A DNA stretch of 64,000 bases, taken from assembly GCA_038063755.1 (NCBI GenBank), contig JBBTUL010000012.1:572-64571 (forward strand), written 5' to 3'. The position numbers and the translations under genes are program-made. Below, piece after piece: positions 51,463 through 61,138 of this stretch; the stretch's first letter is position 1, and each line of letters starts with the position of its first letter. The notes under the pieces were generated by a model. That model had not been told where the DNA came from. It did no database searches and worked only from the letters and a program-made list of their open reading frames with translations. Origin of the DNA: Patescibacteria group bacterium. GTDB taxonomy: Bacteria; Patescibacteriota; Minisyncoccia; UBA6257; 2-01-FULL-56-20.

Positions 51463-54093
51463 ATGCGCAGTGTCCTTATGAAGAAAGAATTTGTTCATGT
51501 CAGTGTTATAGCTCTCGCCATCGGACTTTTGTGGTTCGGGAGCGTGCGCCTCCTTTTCCTTTCTCCCCCGAACGAGGGGCGCGCTGCCCAGGTGACGATT
51601 GATTCGACCGTGCACACCACGGCGACCACCCACAACGGTACGACGCTTACCGTTGCCTTCACGAGCGATCAGACCGGATACTCATTTTACAGGGACGCGA
51701 GCGGCAGTTGTGGATATCGGAAAACCACCGACGGCGGAGCGACATGGACGACGACCACGACACTCATAGATACGCAGACGGATTGTCTCCGTATCGCGAT
51801 CTGGTATGACCGCTGGACGCCGGGAAACGCCACCGGAACCATTATCCATGTTTCGACGATCGACTCCGGAAGTGACAACGTGTGGTACAACTATCTCGAC
51901 ACATCGGGTGACACGCTCGGAAGCACAACCGCGGTAAACGCGACCGGCATAAATCAAGGAGGAACGTTCGCTGCCGGATCGAATCTTCAGGCGATAACAA
52001 GAGGAACGGACGGAACATTGTATATGGGTGTTCAGGATGCGAGCGATTCGTTCGTGATCCAGTGCACGGGAAGTTGCGTGGCGACATCGGGGAGCTGGAC
52101 GGAGGCCGGGACGAACCCTTTTAGTTTGGCGAACGACTGGCTACTACTCGCGCCCATCACGAACGGGCGCATCCTCGCGGTCCGTTGGAGTCTCACGCTC
52201 GACGATGTGCAGTCTAAAATTTGGACCCCCGCATCGAGCTCGTGGAGCGGAGCGTGGACCAATATCGACACGAACTGTATTCAGAACGGTACCTACGACG
52301 GACACTTCGGTCTTTCAATCAACAAAAATACAAATAGCGTGTTGATGGCCTTCGGTTGCGATCTGAGCACCATTGGAGCGAACAACGACGACATCCGGAC
52401 CGCAATTTTTAACTCGTCGAACAGTACCTGGGCTACCACCACAGATGCGGTTACGAACGATACGAAGGGTATCACCGGAGTAAAGCTCGGACTCGACGAC
52501 AATACCGGAAATATTTATGTGGTTTACAGCGCGAGGGCGACGTCGACCATCTCCACCTCGACGAACGTCTATTATAAGGTTTCGACGAGCACCATGTTGT
52601 CGTGGGGAGCAGAGCAAGGGCCATTAAACACCGCACCCGACGACATATACGGCCTGCGCATCGATGGATTGAACGCGGACAGGATTTACGCGACATGGGT
52701 GGGTGTCACCGCGGACTCGCTTTACGGAAACACCGTTGCCGATCTTGTGCCGACCACATTCGAACAGTCGGGATATCGCTGGTTTACGAATCAAAACGCC
52801 ACAAGCGTGGGGCCTCCATTCGCGCTTCAGAATACATCATCCGTTGCGCCGAGCATCGGCAATCCGTTTCGTTTGCGCATGTTGGTCCATGTCGGAGGCG
52901 ACGGCGCGGACGTAAACAGGGAATCTTTTGATCTTCAGGTCGCGACAAGCACTGCGGGCGGGTGCGACACCGCTTTCTCCGGCGAAACATACGTCGACGT
53001 TTCGACATCGACCGGAGAAATCCGTTTCTACGACAACAGCTCGTCGAGCGACAATACCGCCCTCAAGGCGACATCGACGGATCCGGTTCACGGAATCGAC
53101 ACCGTCGTAAACCAAACCTACGAAGAGGCGAATCCATTCACGAATTCGATAGCGAAAATATTCGGCGGACAGGACGGGAAATGGGACTTCTCGCTCTACA
53201 ACGCATCGGCGACCCCGATGAGCACGTATTGTTTTCGTATTGTGAGGGACGACGGATCCCCTCTAAGTACATATTCGGCCGTTCCCGAAATAACGATAGA
53301 CGACCCGCCATCCGTTTCGGGCGTCGTGCTAAACGATGATACAAATATTGCGCTTACTGAGGGGGTAACGTGGCAGATTTTTGCGAGCGGAACTATTACC
53401 GATAGCAACGGATATGCTGATATCGTCGGCGCGCAAGCAAAAGTATATCGATCCGGCGTAGGACGGTCATGTTCGCCGAATGACAACAACTGCTACCAAG
53501 ATAGTTCATGTTCTCTTGCGGGGTGTTCTGGGACGACGTGCAAGGCTCTTTGTTTTGTGAATGTGCAGTATTTTGCCGATCCGACAGATACCGATACGCC
53601 ATACGAAGCAGAGTCCTGGCTTGCAAGTATTGAAGCCGTTGACGCGCGATCCGCAACAAGCACGGCAACAAGCACGGCGATTGTCGATGTGCTTTCGCTT
53701 CTCGCGCTTGCTGTGACGCCGCAGATAAATTATGGAAGCCTGAGTCCAGGCGCGATTATCGATCCGCTCTCCGCGACATCAAGCGTGTCCGCAAGCGGCA
53801 ATGTTTCGATTGACACAACCCTTTACGGTGCGAACATGACTTCGGGGGCGGAGAGTATCAGCGTCTCGAATGAGCGGTACGCAACCACGTCAATTCCTTT
53901 TTCATCGGGGACAGTGCTTCTTGCAAGTCCGGGAGCCGCGCTCGATTTAAACATTCCAAAAACGTCAACCTCAACCTCACAAGCAAGCTCAACTGTTTTC
54001 TGGGGCATACAGGTTCCACTACCGCAGCCAACCGGAAACTATACCGGCATTAATACGTTTATCGCCACAGAGAACACTCTTCCCTGGCCGTAG
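51463..54093 (+). CDS. giant (876 aa) BNR/Asp-box surface protein, paralog of the 37080 protein
   Basis: Conserved N-domain and a BNR motif (KTTDGGATWTT). Shared internal block DPVHGIDTVVNQTYEEANPFTNSIAKIFGGQDGKWDF, versus DPVHGGHPATAQTYEEANPFTNSISRVASGTDGIWDF in the 37080 protein. Shared C-terminal module ends NYTGINTFIATENTLPWP. Confidence 0.7.
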   Translation: MRSVLMKKEFVHVSVIALAIGLLWFGSVRLLFLSPPNEGRAAQVTIDSTVHTTATTHNGTTLTVAFTSDQTGYSFYRDASGSCGYRKTTDGGATWTTTTTLIDTQTDCLRIAIWYDRWTPGNATGTIIHVSTIDSGSDNVWYNYLDTSGDTLGSTTAVNATGINQGGTFAAGSNLQAITRGTDGTLYMGVQDASDSFVIQCTGSCVATSGSWTEAGTNPFSLANDWLLLAPITNGRILAVRWSLTLDDVQSKIWTPASSSWSGAWTNIDTNCIQNGTYDGHFGLSINKNTNSVLMAFGCDLSTIGANNDDIRTAIFNSSNSTWATTTDAVTNDTKGITGVKLGLDDNTGNIYVVYSARATSTISTSTNVYYKVSTSTMLSWGAEQGPLNTAPDDIYGLRIDGLNADRIYATWVGVTADSLYGNTVADLVPTTFEQSGYRWFTNQNATSVGPPFALQNTSSVAPSIGNPFRLRMLVHVGGDGADVNRESFDLQVATSTAGGCDTAFSGETYVDVSTSTGEIRFYDNSSSSDNTALKATSTDPVHGIDTVVNQTYEEANPFTNSIAKIFGGQDGKWDFSLYNASATPMSTYCFRIVRDDGSPLSTYSAVPEITIDDPPSVSGVVLNDDTNIALTEGVTWQIFASGTITDSNGYADIVGAQAKVYRSGVGRSCSPNDNNCYQDSSCSLAGCSGTTCKALCFVNVQYFADPTDTDTPYEAESWLASIEAVDARSATSTATSTAIVDVLSLLALAVTPQINYGSLSPGAIIDPLSATSSVSASGNVSIDTTLYGANMTSGAESISVSNERYATTSIPFSSGTVLLASPGAALDLNIPKTSTSTSQASSTVFWGIQVPLPQPTGNYTGINTFIATENTLPWP

Positions 54094-54125
54094 GATTCTC
54101 GAAAACTCCTGGTACAATAAGAGGT

Positions 54126-55625
54126 GTGAAGAAGAATTTTAAGAAAGAAGACTCCGTTAGAGTACTCATTCTTGTGTTCGCCATCGTTTTTTTTGCTGCG
54201 TCCACGAATCGGTTTCTTGAGCGTGCGATAGCAGAGGATGCATCGCCGCCGAAAATATCACAAATAAAGATTCTTGAGACAAACGCCACCTCTGCAGTGA
54301 TTACCTGGATCACCGATGAGCCAGCAGATTCACTTCTGAACTATGGACTTGATACCCGATATGGCACGGCCAGAGATCCGCAGCCACTTGTCCGCGATCA
54401 CTCCGTTGCCGTCACCGAACTAGAGCCTTCAACGACTTACTACTTTCGAGTAATGTCGGTTGATGCAACCGGAAACCAGAGCATCTCGGGGCATTACTCT
54501 TTCACGACGCCAACAACAAAAGAAATTTCAGGAATTGAGAAGATCGAAGAGCCAACTCAGCGCTCGCTTGTCGAGAAGGCAGCCTCCCTCGTCGAGAAAA
54601 TTACAGACCCAGATGCGCTAAAGCTTGTTGCGAAAGAAATCGGGAATGCTGCCGAGCGCATCGTTGATCGGCCACAGATCGTCGGTGCACCCGAGCTCCA
54701 GATCGGATCTGATCAGGTGTCCGTGCGGTGGGAAACAGATATAGATGCGAATTCGCTTGTTTCATTCGCGACAGAGGAAGAGTACGACGGTGAAGATTCA
54801 TATCGCCGAAAAGAAGGGGACGAAGGAGCATATACAAAAAATCATGAAGTAATTCTTTATGGCCTCCGTTCGGCGACAAAATATCATTATCAGATTTCTT
54901 CAAGAGGGGAGGTTGGACCTACCGCAAAAACGAACGACAAGACCTTTGTTACGCGCGCCCTTCTTCCGCAGATTTTCGACTCGCGCATCGATAAGGTCGA
55001 GGAGTACGCGGTGACGGTAAGCTGGGCGACGACCATCCCTTCCGCTGCGCTTGTGGAGTACACCAACATGCGAACGGGGGAGAGCAAGTCAATCGGCAAT
55101 CCGTCTTTTCTCGTGAGTCATGTTCTCCGCATTCAAGATTTAAGCTATAAAACTCCTTATGCGATTACTATTAAAGCCAGGAATCAGCTTGGAGAAGAGG
55201 CGGTGAGCAATCCATTAAACTTCACAACGACAAAGGACGAATATTCCCCCGCCATTTCTCGCGTGAGCAACGAATCGACCCTTTATCCGGCGGCCGATGC
55301 GAAGATACAGACGATTGTAAACTGGGAGACCGACGAACCCGCAGCTTGCCAACTTTTCTACGGACAAGGGCTTTCGATTGACGAAAAAAGCACGTTTTCA
55401 CTTCCTGAAAACCCATATTTTACAACAAGCCACGTAGAGGTCATTACCGCGTTTGCTCCGTCAACGGTCTACAAATTCTGGATTTCATGCCGCGACCGAA
55501 ACGAAAACAAGAGTCGATCCGAGGATTTTGTGCTTTTTACGCCCCAGAAAGAAAAAAATATTATTGATATCATTCTCGAAAATTTTCAAGGAACTTTTGG
55601 CTGGTTGGGTTCGGTGGGAAAATAA
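54126..55625 (+). CDS. secreted protein with about four fibronectin type III-like domains
   Basis: GTG start followed by a signal peptide. Fn3/PAP-N-like repeats (PPKISQIKILETNATSAVITWITDEP...TTYYFRVMSVDATGN). Confidence 0.6.
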   Translation: MKKNFKKEDSVRVLILVFAIVFFAASTNRFLERAIAEDASPPKISQIKILETNATSAVITWITDEPADSLLNYGLDTRYGTARDPQPLVRDHSVAVTELEPSTTYYFRVMSVDATGNQSISGHYSFTTPTTKEISGIEKIEEPTQRSLVEKAASLVEKITDPDALKLVAKEIGNAAERIVDRPQIVGAPELQIGSDQVSVRWETDIDANSLVSFATEEEYDGEDSYRRKEGDEGAYTKNHEVILYGLRSATKYHYQISSRGEVGPTAKTNDKTFVTRALLPQIFDSRIDKVEEYAVTVSWATTIPSAALVEYTNMRTGESKSIGNPSFLVSHVLRIQDLSYKTPYAITIKARNQLGEEAVSNPLNFTTTKDEYSPAISRVSNESTLYPAADAKIQTIVNWETDEPAACQLFYGQGLSIDEKSTFSLPENPYFTTSHVEVITAFAPSTVYKFWISCRDRNENKSRSEDFVLFTPQKEKNIIDIILENFQGTFGWLGSVGK

Positions 55626-55635
55626 TCACGACAAT

Positions 55636-56946
55636 ATGCCAGAACCAATCATCACAGGAAAAGATCTTCGCGTAGTGTACAATCTTGGGAAGTCCAACGA
55701 GTATCTTGCTCTTAAGATCGACGATTTCGAGATATACCCGCAAGAATACATTATTTTATTCGGTCCTTCTGGGTGCGGGAAGTCAACACTGCTTTACTCC
55801 CTTCTTGGGGTTCTTCCCCCGACATCGGGAGAGCTTCTTATCAAAGGTGAGAACCCGTACAAATATTCGGATGCGAAAATGGTTCGTTTCCAGCAGTCGG
55901 TTGTCGGAATCATTTATCAGTCATTTAACCTTATCCCCTCGCTTTCCGTTTTGGACAACGTTGCCTTGCCGAGAATTTTCGCAAATGCACCCAAAGCAGA
56001 ACGCGAACGACAAGGATTCGCACTGCTTCGAAGATTCGGAGTCGAAGCACAGGCGCGCAAGCTTCCAACGTCTCTCTCGGGAGGACAAATGCAGCGTATC
56101 GCCGTTGCCCGTTCGCTCGTAAACGATCCGGAAATACTTTTGGGCGATGAGCCGGTAGGAAACCTTGACAGCGTTTCGACGAAGCAGGTCATGGACACGT
56201 TGGACGAAATCAATATGCGAGATAGAAAAACAATCATTCTCGTTACGCACGATGCGAAGCATTTGCCATATGCGCACCGCGTTTACCACATGAGAGACGG
56301 AAAGATTGTCCGAGAGGTCATTAATCCGGAAAAGCCGCAGATAAAAAAAGTTGAGAAGGGAAAAACGATTTTAACCGAGATCGAAAAGCTTTCACGCATA
56401 TTCCCATATGCAACTCCAGAAGAGCTTCGCGTGAAGAGCATTGTAAACTTTCTGACACAAGAACTTACCTTCGATCAGCTGCAGCGACTGGAGGTTCTTG
56501 TGGAATCTTTTTTGAACGGAAGACTCGAAGAAGCGACATTTTTATGGAGCCTTCGCGCTCCATTCGACAAGGGAGGCGCCGGGGTTCCGGAACGCACCGC
56601 AGAAGAAATGGTTCACCGAGTATCGAAAATCGTCACGGATGCAAGGAATATAAGCAGATTCAGAAGGCGATTCGAAGAGCGTGTGAAGTCCTCGAAACAG
56701 CAGGAAAGAATCATTGATTTAAGAAAAAGCCTACTTGATGCTTACGAAGGGCAAGTAACACTCGAAGAGCTCGGTCGCCTTGAGGGGGCTCTCCAGAGGC
56801 GCGTATCGGGCCTTATGACCCTCGAGGAATTTAGGGAGGAGCTCCACAAGCCGCTTGAGCAGGGCGGGATTGGATTTCACACCTCGACCGCGCATAGATT
56901 TTCTCAACATCTTGAGAAGTTGATTGCGCAAGGAACGCATTTATAA
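55636..56946 (+). CDS. ABC transporter ATP-binding protein (MacB/LolD-type) with about 200-aa helical C-terminal extension
   Basis: Walker A GPSGCGKSTLL, signature LSGGQMQRIAVARSL, Walker B ILLGDEP, and a long extra C-terminal domain of unknown function. Start taken at the first ATG after the upstream gene. Confidence 0.8.
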   Translation: MPEPIITGKDLRVVYNLGKSNEYLALKIDDFEIYPQEYIILFGPSGCGKSTLLYSLLGVLPPTSGELLIKGENPYKYSDAKMVRFQQSVVGIIYQSFNLIPSLSVLDNVALPRIFANAPKAERERQGFALLRRFGVEAQARKLPTSLSGGQMQRIAVARSLVNDPEILLGDEPVGNLDSVSTKQVMDTLDEINMRDRKTIILVTHDAKHLPYAHRVYHMRDGKIVREVINPEKPQIKKVEKGKTILTEIEKLSRIFPYATPEELRVKSIVNFLTQELTFDQLQRLEVLVESFLNGRLEEATFLWSLRAPFDKGGAGVPERTAEEMVHRVSKIVTDARNISRFRRRFEERVKSSKQQERIIDLRKSLLDAYEGQVTLEELGRLEGALQRRVSGLMTLEEFREELHKPLEQGGIGFHTSTAHRFSQHLEKLIAQGTHL

Positions 56947-56947
56947 C

Positions 56948-58156
56948 ATGAGACTAGACGATACCATAAAACTTTCCACGCGCATGTTTAAGACGAATCC
57001 GGCACGTACGTGGCTCACCATCCTCGGTATGGGCGTGGGAACTTCCGCGGTTGTCCTTCTGGTCGGACTTGGATTCGGACTGCAAGGCATTCTTCTCGAG
57101 CAGATTGTTTTTGGAGATACGCTCTTAAGCTTAAACGTTACAAATCCCGGATCTCGCGTAGTGGTTCTTGATCAGTCGCGACTCGAAGAGTTTTTGAAAA
57201 TAGAAAACGTAGAGGACGTCTCGCCGCTCGGAAGCGTTTCGGCGCTCATCACATTCAACAACCTAACCGGAAACATAACGCTTCAAGGAAGCGGACCATC
57301 GTATTTTCGCTACACCGGGACGCTTGCTGACAAAGGAGGAATTTTTAAAAAAGGGGAGGAGGCGGAGGACCGAAACAAAGTTCTTCTTTCTAAAGGAGCG
57401 CTGAAACTTTTTGGAATCGAGAACACAGAAGACGCATTGGGTAAGCCCGTTAGGTTTCGCGCGTTTGTAAAAAATCCGACGAATGGCACGACGCAAGAGG
57501 TTTCGATTGAAAAGGAGTATACCGTGAAGGGAGTAACGAACGATGCAGCTTCGATAATCGCCATGCTCACCCTCGAGGAATTTTCTTCGCAGGTTCCGAT
57601 TTCTTCCTACGAGCGCGTTCAGGTCAAGGTGACGAATAGCAACTTCCTCACTCAAGTACAAGACGCCATTGTGGGGAAAGGGTTCGTGGTAACGGCGCTT
57701 TCAAAAACGGTCGAACAAGCGAATAAAATTTTTAAAGGAGTACAGGCCGTGCTCGCATGTTTCGGAGGAATAGCACTTCTGGTTTCTGCAATCGGAATGT
57801 TTAATACGATGACCGTCACCCTGCTTGAGAGAACGAACGAAATCGGCATTATGCGAACCATTGGGGCATCACCGCGAGACATCAAGATACTGTTTCTTTC
57901 CGAATCGGTTGTCGTGGGATTTTTGGGCGGGGTAATCGGAATACTGATCGGAGTAATAATAGGCGTCGGATTAAACCTGATTTTAAACGCCGTGGCGAGT
58001 CATTTCGGAGGAGTTGCTGTCCGTCTTTTCAGATATCCATGGCTCTTTCTCATTTTTATTGCCACATTTTCCGGCGTAGTGGGGTTCCTGACCGGACTTT
58101 TTCCTGCAAAAAGAGCTTCGGGGCTGAACCCGCTCGACGCAATTCGATATAAGTAG
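56948..58156 (+). CDS. ABC transporter permease, FtsX/MacB-like (N-terminal TM, large extracytoplasmic domain, 3 C-terminal TM)
   Basis: MacB-PCD-like periplasmic region followed by an FtsX domain ending in the GLNPLDAIRYK motif. Starts 2 nt after the ATPase stop. Confidence 0.75.
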   Translation: MRLDDTIKLSTRMFKTNPARTWLTILGMGVGTSAVVLLVGLGFGLQGILLEQIVFGDTLLSLNVTNPGSRVVVLDQSRLEEFLKIENVEDVSPLGSVSALITFNNLTGNITLQGSGPSYFRYTGTLADKGGIFKKGEEAEDRNKVLLSKGALKLFGIENTEDALGKPVRFRAFVKNPTNGTTQEVSIEKEYTVKGVTNDAASIIAMLTLEEFSSQVPISSYERVQVKVTNSNFLTQVQDAIVGKGFVVTALSKTVEQANKIFKGVQAVLACFGGIALLVSAIGMFNTMTVTLLERTNEIGIMRTIGASPRDIKILFLSESVVVGFLGGVIGILIGVIIGVGLNLILNAVASHFGGVAVRLFRYPWLFLIFIATFSGVVGFLTGLFPAKRASGLNPLDAIRYK

Positions 58157-58230
58157 TTTTTGTGTTCAGCCTTCTTCCGCTCTTCCTCTTGCGAGGGGAA
58201 AGTGCTTATTTTCCGAAATAAAAGACCGGA

Positions 58231-58242
58231 TGTGGATAACTT
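58231..58242. promoter_or_regulatory. second copy of the TGTGGATAACTT motif, upstream of the 58290 gene
   Basis: Exact 12/12 identity with 43019-43030. It lies about 50 nt upstream of the start codon. Confidence 0.3.
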
Positions 58243-58289
58243 CTGGATTTCCTGTGTGTTAAGATAAGGCTATAAGGAATTTTGAAAGA

Positions 58290-60110
58290 ATGAACGAAAG
58301 AAAAGCAGGAAAAATAACGATTTCAGTTGTGCTTGTCAGCGCAATTATATTCGTTTCGGCAATGGCCATTCGGTTTTCTCCGTTCGTTCCGGTTCATTTA
58401 AGTAGCGTAAATGCGGATACCGCAACAACGAGCGTGACGGTAGTAAACACTCCGCCGAATTGGAGCGTGGATGCGCAGGAATATGTTGTGTCATCGACGA
58501 GTACGCCGACAAATGCAAGCTCCACGGTAACCTGGGTCGGTACGGCCATCGACGACAACAGCGAAAACTATTATTTATTGCTTTGCAAGACGACCTCAAC
58601 CCCAACCGCAAACGCGAGCGCCGCGCCTACTTGTGCCGGCGGGGCATCGAATCAATGGGGAGTCTCTCCTTCAACAATAAGTAGCATTCAGGCTACCACC
58701 ACCTATATTGCCAAGGTGACAGATGTTGAGGCAAACGACTGGTATGCCTGGATATGTGATGGAAACCCCGCAAATCCCCGTTGTAATACCACATACAAAA
58801 CAGGAACCGGCAATACCGCCTCCCCCTTTGTGGTGAACCATCGGCCGGCATTTACCTCTTTTGTTGACGATTCGCCCAAAAACCCAGGCGACACGGTTAC
58901 TTGGACTTCAGTATCAAGCGATGCCGATGTTTATGGCGGACAAGATCTAGTAACGCTCTATGTGTGCAAGGCAAGTGATTTTAATGGAACAGCATGTGGT
59001 GCAGGCGGAACATATTGCACTTCGAGTGCAACATCTTCCAATCCAACCTGCAACTTCGCGCTTGAAAATCCGAAGCAAGACACGAACTACTCCGCGTATG
59101 GTTATGTAATCGATAACCATAATTTCGCGGCGCTGGGCGGATCACATGGATCCGATTCGTCGATTACTATTTCAAACGTTGCGCCAAGCATCGCGTCTTC
59201 GAGCATACAACTTCTTGACACCGATGAAGCAGGAGGGCTTACGCTTACGAGTCCTTCGGCACAAACTAGCGGTTTTAAAGTTAAGCTTACCGTGACAGAC
59301 AACAATAGCTGTCAAAACGCATCCGCAGGACAGGAGATCGCCTCAGCGCTTGTTAATGTGTATCGATCGGGTATTGGACAGGCAGGCTGTCAGACGAGTG
59401 GAAATTATAACGCAAATAATTGTTATGCGGGAGCAGTCAGTACTTCAACCTGGAATGTTTCCTGCACGCAAGATGGAGGATCGTGTTCTGGCGGATCTGA
59501 TTCAACGGCGACCTGGACGTGTACTTTCCCACTCTGGTTTCTCGCAGATCCGACCGACGGCTCTTCGCTTACCGACTCAACATGGTTTGCCGAAAACTGG
59601 CTTCCTTCAGTTCGTGTGACGGACGACAATACTGCAACGAGCACACTCACCGAAGCAAGCTCTGGAAACGAGGTGTTGAGCTTTATGGCGTATACGCTCA
59701 ATACTTCGCAAATCAGCTATGGCTCTCTTGAACCAGGACAGAGGAACGATCCCGTCTCTCAGACAACACTTTTTTCGGCTACCGGAAACGTTGGGCTTGA
59801 CCAAACGCTCTATGGAAACGATATGTGTACAACATATCCAAGCTGCAATCCTGTAAGCACCACATCAACCATTCCCAAGGGGAAACAGCACTATGCGACC
59901 TCAGGTCTTGCCTACGCCTCGGCCATAGCGCTTATAGTGGATCCGGGAGCAGAGCTTGAGCTAAATGTCCTAAAAACGACATCAACGAGCACTCCAGCAA
60001 ATGCAAACACCTTCTGGGGGATCGAAATTCCGTCAAGCATTACTCTCGCAGGAGACTATACCGGCCAAAACACGTTTATTGGGATAAAAGGGGAAGCGCA
60101 AAGCTGGTAG
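58290..60110 (+). CDS. secreted Thr/Ser/Cys-rich surface protein carrying the shared C-terminal beta module
   Basis: Signal peptide. The C-terminal ~170 aa (ISYGSLEPGQRNDPVSQTTLFSATGNVGLDQTLYGNDM...DYTGQNTFIGIKGEAQSW) align with the C-termini of the 51463 and 37080 proteins. Confidence 0.6.
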   Translation: MNERKAGKITISVVLVSAIIFVSAMAIRFSPFVPVHLSSVNADTATTSVTVVNTPPNWSVDAQEYVVSSTSTPTNASSTVTWVGTAIDDNSENYYLLLCKTTSTPTANASAAPTCAGGASNQWGVSPSTISSIQATTTYIAKVTDVEANDWYAWICDGNPANPRCNTTYKTGTGNTASPFVVNHRPAFTSFVDDSPKNPGDTVTWTSVSSDADVYGGQDLVTLYVCKASDFNGTACGAGGTYCTSSATSSNPTCNFALENPKQDTNYSAYGYVIDNHNFAALGGSHGSDSSITISNVAPSIASSSIQLLDTDEAGGLTLTSPSAQTSGFKVKLTVTDNNSCQNASAGQEIASALVNVYRSGIGQAGCQTSGNYNANNCYAGAVSTSTWNVSCTQDGGSCSGGSDSTATWTCTFPLWFLADPTDGSSLTDSTWFAENWLPSVRVTDDNTATSTLTEASSGNEVLSFMAYTLNTSQISYGSLEPGQRNDPVSQTTLFSATGNVGLDQTLYGNDMCTTYPSCNPVSTTSTIPKGKQHYATSGLAYASAIALIVDPGAELELNVLKTTSTSTPANANTFWGIEIPSSITLAGDYTGQNTFIGIKGEAQSW

Positions 60111-60190
60111 TCTTCTTGAGCGAAGAAGATCTAGCGCTCAGGCGTGATTTTCGCGTATAATCAAGGATGTTCGGCTAGGAACATGTTTTT

Positions 60191-61138
60191 ATGACACGAA
60201 CGAAGATTGAATGTACCCGGATTATTTTTCTGTTTGTTTTCGGAGTTATTTTTGCAACGAACACCGCGCTTGCCGGTTTTGGAATTACTCCACCATACGT
60301 GAAGAACGACGGTCTTACCAAAAGCTCACACTACGAACAAAAAATAGTTTTAGTCCGCGGTGATCCCGTGGAAGATCTTCGCGCAAAAATTACCGTGAAC
60401 GTCCCCGGTGCGGACGAGTGGATATCTGTTGATCGCGGACTCGAATTCATGCTTCCCAAAGGAGAGCAGCAAACACCGATCGTTGTAAGCGTTGATGTCC
60501 CTAAAAAAGTAAAATTCGGAGAGTACAAAGGAAACATCCGTGTTGTCATTTCTCCGCTTGGCGGGCCGCAGGCAGGAACCGTTGGGGTCGTGCTCGGTGC
60601 GCAGATCGACGTTGTTTTGAATATTATCGACAAGCAAGTTGCAACATTCCGCGTATGGACCGTAAACATTTCCGATCTCGAAGAAGGAAGGAAAGTTGCA
60701 TGGATGGATTTCCCCGGGAAAATTCGTTTTACTATGCAGATCGAAAACTCCGGAAATGTTGCGATCGCGCCGAGCAGGGTTGAATTTGAAATCCGCGATA
60801 GCCAAGGAAACGTTATCGAAAAGACCCAAAATACTGGTTCAATAAAAAAGCTGCAGCCGTTTGAGGTCAAGCAGGTTATTGCCGAGCTCCCGACGTGGGT
60901 GAAGGCTGGAAACTATACTGTTGGGTACAAAATTTACAACAAAGAGGAGGTGGTCCATTCCGGCGATCTTTCGCTCAGCATCCTTCCGAGAGGTTCGCTT
61001 CCGGGTTATTTGGGATACGGAGTCCTAGGTCTTTCCGTTGGCGATCTCGGAGTTCTCATCCTCATAATAGGAGCGGCGCTTCTCACCCTTGGGGTGGGTA
61101 TCCGCTGGGTCATTCTCCATGTCCGAATTAGGCAATAA
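60191..61138 (+). CDS. membrane-anchored surface protein, paralog family A (fourth copy)
   Basis: Signal peptide, ...IENSGNVAIAPSRVEFEIRDSQGNVIEK..., and a C-terminal TM (LGVLILIIGAALLTLGVGI) with a basic tail. Confidence 0.55.
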   Translation: MTRTKIECTRIIFLFVFGVIFATNTALAGFGITPPYVKNDGLTKSSHYEQKIVLVRGDPVEDLRAKITVNVPGADEWISVDRGLEFMLPKGEQQTPIVVSVDVPKKVKFGEYKGNIRVVISPLGGPQAGTVGVVLGAQIDVVLNIIDKQVATFRVWTVNISDLEEGRKVAWMDFPGKIRFTMQIENSGNVAIAPSRVEFEIRDSQGNVIEKTQNTGSIKKLQPFEVKQVIAELPTWVKAGNYTVGYKIYNKEEVVHSGDLSLSILPRGSLPGYLGYGVLGLSVGDLGVLILIIGAALLTLGVGIRWVILHVRIRQ

